Source: a virus
Lineage: Duplodnaviria; Caudoviricetes
Direction: 5' to 3' (one strand)
Virus record (IMG/VR): IMGVR_UViG_3300020043_001884
Coordinates: 1 to 58,314 of that record
Length of the DNA stretch: 58,314 nt
Below are positions 54,649-58,314 of the stretch, one piece after another. Numbering within the stretch: the stretch's first letter is position 1; each line of letters opens with the position of its first letter. The notes beneath the pieces are model-generated. The model searched no databases. It was not told the origin of the DNA and worked only from the letters and a program-made list of their open reading frames with translations. The translations under genes and the position numbers were made by a program.

Positions 54649-55068
54649 TTAATAGGCTCGTTTAATTCCACGGGGGTCTTGTACCACCGCTTCAACCGAA
54701 TCATCATTGATCATGCGAAATTCACGACCATGAATCAGCAGTCTTGTGCCTGCGTTAGGACGAACAATGACAAAATCACCTTTCTGGCACCAAGGCCCAG
54801 TAGGAAATCTGTCTTTGTCAGAGTAGCAATCAGGTCCCATGTCAACCACAAATAAAACCGTTGCCAGCTTTTCTTCGTAGTTCACGGTCTGATCTGCTTT
54901 TACCAACCCGCTTTCGTATTCCTTCTCCACTTCTGGAATGGCGCAAAGAATGCGATAGCCTTTCGGCTGCGGTAGTTGGCGTGCTTTTTCCTCGGCAGTT
55001 GCTTCAAACTTGTATGAACCAACCACTTCGGGGTTACTGGCGTTTGTTGCCAGCAGGATTTCACTCAT
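54649..55068 (-). CDS. groES: GroES-like co-chaperonin
   Basis: PKGYRIL, GPDCY, GDFV, FRMINDDSVEAVV. Confidence 0.8.
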   Translation of the reverse strand: MSEILLATNASNPEVVGSYKFEATAEEKARQLPQPKGYRILCAIPEVEKEYESGLVKADQTVNYEEKLATVLFVVDMGPDCYSDKDRFPTGPWCQKGDFVIVRPNAGTRLLIHGREFRMINDDSVEAVVQDPRGIKRAY

Positions 55069-55252
55069 CAGAGTTCTCCAGTCTTTGTTGCAGGTCTAGT
55101 GCGTATCCTCTTGCGGTGAGCAGACCCTTGATCTCTCCGCAGAGACTCTTGTATTCCTCAAAACTAGTGGCCCGCCCGCCTGCAAGGTAGTCTTTGAGTT
55201 GAGAAATTTTGTCATCGGCTTGTTCGATGATTACTGATAGAGCATCCATCAA
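55061..55252 (-). CDS. hypothetical head-module protein
   Basis: SFEEYKSLCGEIKGL. Confidence 0.7.
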   Translation of the reverse strand: MMDALSVIIEQADDKISQLKDYLAGGRATSFEEYKSLCGEIKGLLTARGYALDLQQRLENSDE

Positions 55253-57726
55253 TCACCTTTTACGTTTGCTTGGAACACGTTTTTCAGCGCATCAGCTAAA
55301 AGCTCTTTGGTCTGAAGATCTTTTTCGTGTTGCTTTTCACCGGCTTGGATGATTGCCTCTCTCATCAAAGCAGTTTGGTCACGCTCTTTAGACGCCTGCA
55401 ATTGAGAGGCATTTCTCTGCGCTTCAATGTCTTGTTGCCGTGCCTTGAGCTGAATATCAGCCTGGTCTTTCTGCATCTTGCGTTGCAAATCGCCCTGCTT
55501 GATGGCCAACTCTTGCTGTTGCATTTGTACAACAGGGTCTTGTGCGGCTTGCTGGGCTTGCTGCTGGGCGACGGTGGCTTGGTTTTGTTGCAACACACGC
55601 TGGGCGGCTTGTGCCAGCATGGGTGCAAGTTGTGCCTCGACCATGGGGTCCATGTGGATTTCCTCGCCACTTTCGTCTTGCTGCGGGGGTAGGGTCATGC
55701 CCAAAGCCTGTTCAATCATGACTCGGTACTCAAAGCCCAAGTGCTCATTGATGTGAGCTTGCAAAGCCATGGCTTTTTGTTGTGCCGTCGGGTCTTTTTG
55801 CAATAGTTGCTGAACCATTGGGTCGCTGATGATGGCCGTGTGAACTGCAATGTGCGCTTTATGGTCTTGAGAAACAAACGCTTTGACAGGCTTGCTCATC
55901 AAAATATTCTGATTCTCTGTCACTGGATCGACAGGTCGCATATCTTCGTCTAGAGGAATCAGCTTTTGCGCATCTTTAATGCCTAAAACATCAAGCATTT
56001 GACGGTGCAGCAAAGGCATGTTGTACAGATCTGGTGCTGACTGTGCCAGCTGAAGGACCGCCTGATATTGAACAATCTTTTGCGCCATGGTGGACGCATT
56101 AGGGTCGCTGACTGGGATGACGTTAACGTTGTCATAGTCTGACCGCTTGGCCGTTGGAGCGCCTTCGACCGGTTCGTAATCGTAGTCTTCTGGGGTGTAG
56201 TCCCGAATAATGTCTTTAATAAGACCCAGCTCTTCTTTCAAAGCAAAGTGGATGCGTGCCTGAACGGCAGACATCACTTTTAATGTGCGCTCAAGAATGG
56301 CCAGTGTCGTGCCCACGGGGGCTTGGCTGGACATGTCTGTAACTTGCAAATCTGCCGTGTTTGCAAAGCGCCGCCCGTCTTCAATGATCTGGTTAAGCAG
56401 CTGATACAGCGTCTGGCTCGGCTCTTTGTAGGGCAGAGGCAACAGGTTGTCTTTAATAGAACCAGAAGGAACATCTACATCTCTGAATTCGCCTGGAGCA
56501 ATGGGAGTGTCGTCCCCTTTTACACGCAGACCACGTGTTTTAAATCCGCCGGGAAGGTTTGCCAGCGAACCAGCGTCCACCAACTGACGCAATAGCGACG
56601 TTCCGCTCTTGGCAAATGCGCCGATCATGTGAATCAGGCCAAATGCGTAGAAACCAAAGCCGGGAATGTACGGATAGTGGACGAAATGTTGACGGCGTTT
56701 AAATGTATGGTCTTCTGGGCGCCAATTCCTGCGGATGGCCAAGACTTTTTGTGAGCCTTTTTCAATTGTGACCACATACGGCAGGGCAATACGTGTCGGT
56801 TCTCCGTCATCGTCCTTGTGCTCGTAGCCTTTGAGGTCCAAATCGACATTTATCTCCATGATCTTGTAGCGATCATCGGTCGTTGCACGGAATCCCAGCT
56901 TTTCAGCGATTTTTTTCTCAACTTCGTCCAAAACATTGTCTGGTTCACCCAAATCAATGTCACGCCAGAAGCCTGCCACCTGTAAACGACGCACATCGTT
57001 TTTGGTTTTGCGCATTACGTGGGTAACACGCTCGGCTGTTTGCAAATTTGATGCGCCGTAGGGGACGATCAGGTCTTCCGCCGGGACAAAAATTGCAGCT
57101 TCACGCTCAAAATGCGGGTCGTAGTAGATTTTTTTGAACGCATTTCCTGCCAGACCCAAGCCCCAGAGCATTCTTTCATGCTCGGTACGGTATTCGTTGT
57201 TCTTTACCGTGAGTCTGTAGTTCATGTCATCTGCCACACGGGTAGCAGATTCCTTTTTCTCGGGTGTTTCTCGGCCAATGATCTCTGTTTTGACGGGGCC
57301 AGCCGCTGGAAACGTTGACATCATCGCATCGGCTTGGAATTTCACCAATGCTTCGGCCATGATGGGGTGGTAAACACCGCAAGCGCCCTCCCACGGCTCA
57401 GCTCTGTCTTCAATTTTCAAACCCAAAAGCTCAAGACCGTCCACATAAGTCTGTAGCCAGTCTTTTCTTGAGGCTACATCCTCTTCAACATCGGAGATTA
57501 GCTCATTGGCAATGGACTCCAACTCGGCTTCGTCCATGTATTCAGCCAAATTAGCGTCAAAATCCTCGTCTGTTTCTTCTTCAGGCAAGAGAGAAATTTC
57601 CATCCCATCAATTTCGATGTTCATTTCCTCTGGGTTGACGACTTCAATCTCTATTGCGGGTTCTTCTGCCAGCGCATCCAGTCCAACCGGTGCTTGATAA
57701 AGTGCTTTGTCAAAATTTGTGGCCAT
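55249..57726 (-). CDS. portal protein (P22-like, long C-terminal barrel)
   Basis: 825 aa after terminase; FKKIYYD, GFGFYAFGL, PVGTT, Gln-rich coiled tail. Confidence 0.85.
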   Translation of the reverse strand: MATNFDKALYQAPVGLDALAEEPAIEIEVVNPEEMNIEIDGMEISLLPEEETDEDFDANLAEYMDEAELESIANELISDVEEDVASRKDWLQTYVDGLELLGLKIEDRAEPWEGACGVYHPIMAEALVKFQADAMMSTFPAAGPVKTEIIGRETPEKKESATRVADDMNYRLTVKNNEYRTEHERMLWGLGLAGNAFKKIYYDPHFEREAAIFVPAEDLIVPYGASNLQTAERVTHVMRKTKNDVRRLQVAGFWRDIDLGEPDNVLDEVEKKIAEKLGFRATTDDRYKIMEINVDLDLKGYEHKDDDGEPTRIALPYVVTIEKGSQKVLAIRRNWRPEDHTFKRRQHFVHYPYIPGFGFYAFGLIHMIGAFAKSGTSLLRQLVDAGSLANLPGGFKTRGLRVKGDDTPIAPGEFRDVDVPSGSIKDNLLPLPYKEPSQTLYQLLNQIIEDGRRFANTADLQVTDMSSQAPVGTTLAILERTLKVMSAVQARIHFALKEELGLIKDIIRDYTPEDYDYEPVEGAPTAKRSDYDNVNVIPVSDPNASTMAQKIVQYQAVLQLAQSAPDLYNMPLLHRQMLDVLGIKDAQKLIPLDEDMRPVDPVTENQNILMSKPVKAFVSQDHKAHIAVHTAIISDPMVQQLLQKDPTAQQKAMALQAHINEHLGFEYRVMIEQALGMTLPPQQDESGEEIHMDPMVEAQLAPMLAQAAQRVLQQNQATVAQQQAQQAAQDPVVQMQQQELAIKQGDLQRKMQKDQADIQLKARQQDIEAQRNASQLQASKERDQTALMREAIIQAGEKQHEKDLQTKELLADALKNVFQANVKGD

Positions 57727-57736
57727 GTTTCAGTCC

Positions 57737-58312
57737 TTAATAGTAGGCTCTTGCCTTGCGATAGACCGGTTCTTCATCTTCATCAGAATCCAGTCTAAGA
57801 AAACCACCCTGCCTAAAACGAATCAGCGCCTGGGTAGACGAGTCCACCAAGTCATCGTGTGCTGCATTCGGAAAAGCCGCCATTTGTTCAATCACTTCAT
57901 GCGCCCAGCGCATATCAGGTGCCCATACTTTACCCGACTTGAAGAGATCAGTCACGCTATTCAAGCGCACAAACTTGTCGTTACCCCTCACCGGCGTGTA
58001 CTCAGACACAGAAATCCCCATCCGTCTTAACTCAAACACCAACGGAGCGCCAGCCGCTTTAGCTTCAATCACACACGCATCCGGCTCCCACTCCCTATAG
58101 AGTTCTAGCGCTTTTTCTTTTAGTTCTGGAAACTCTAACCGCTCTTGATACGCATCTAGCAAAATAATATTTGGCTGGTTTCTGTCCTCATCCAAGTAAA
58201 ACACCCCCCAGGTCGTACAGGCTGAGAAGTCACTTCGCTCTGATTTTGTAAACGCCGTATCCCAAGACTGGATGATGAATTCACATTGGGGTGCTCTTTC
58301 GCTCTCCCACAT
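57737..58312 (-). CDS. terL: terminase large subunit, C-terminal nuclease domain (5'-truncated)
   Basis: SWDTA, IEAKAAG, DK..R, FPNAAHDDLVDS. Confidence 0.9.
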   Translation of the reverse strand: MWESERAPQCEFIIQSWDTAFTKSERSDFSACTTWGVFYLDEDRNQPNIILLDAYQERLEFPELKEKALELYREWEPDACVIEAKAAGAPLVFELRRMGISVSEYTPVRGNDKFVRLNSVTDLFKSGKVWAPDMRWAHEVIEQMAAFPNAAHDDLVDSSTQALIRFRQGGFLRLDSDEDEEPVYRKARAYY

Positions 58313-58314
58313 CT

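Noticed and set aside
1-58314. Stop-codon reassignment
   Set aside because: Genes tile the window at full length under the standard bacterial code; no fragmentation or suppressor tRNA.

Overview
Most of the genome of a tailed dsDNA bacteriophage (Caudoviricetes). It is probably podovirus-like, since it has large internal/ejection proteins and no recognisable tape measure. The window begins inside a small early gene and ends inside the large terminase. Four blocks: (1) 1-5572 (+): densely packed small early genes ending in a C5 cytosine methyltransferase. (2) 5540-11804 (-): replication/DNA metabolism (Toprim primase, SF2 helicase, ParB-like protein, HNH nuclease, PAPS-reductase-family protein, VRR-NUC nuclease), with a ~950-nt non-coding, hairpin-rich tract at 9690-10632. 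(3) 11888-18235 (+): recombination module (PD-(D/E)XK exonuclease, ERF, SSB-like) and small genes. (4) 18213-58314 (-): virion morphogenesis and lysis (terminase, portal, GroES, scaffold, capsid, small basic proteins, adaptors, tail fibres, lysozyme/holin, ejection proteins). No integrase, DNA polymerase, reverse transcriptase, tRNA or CRISPR array was seen. Most interesting: (a) a cassette of three tandem 7x43-aa repeat (probable beta-propeller) tail proteins with hypervariable loops and shuffled blades, coupled to a glycosyltransferase-methyltransferase fusion and bracketed by two copies of one fibre domain; (b) several candidate structured RNAs (a c4/CI-like element, a long ncRNA tract upstream of the HNH gene, a double pseudoknot downstream of the capsid gene); (c) a recurrent [MFY]xxGG peptide motif shared by many virion-module proteins. 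All functional calls come from motif recognition by eye; no database search was run.
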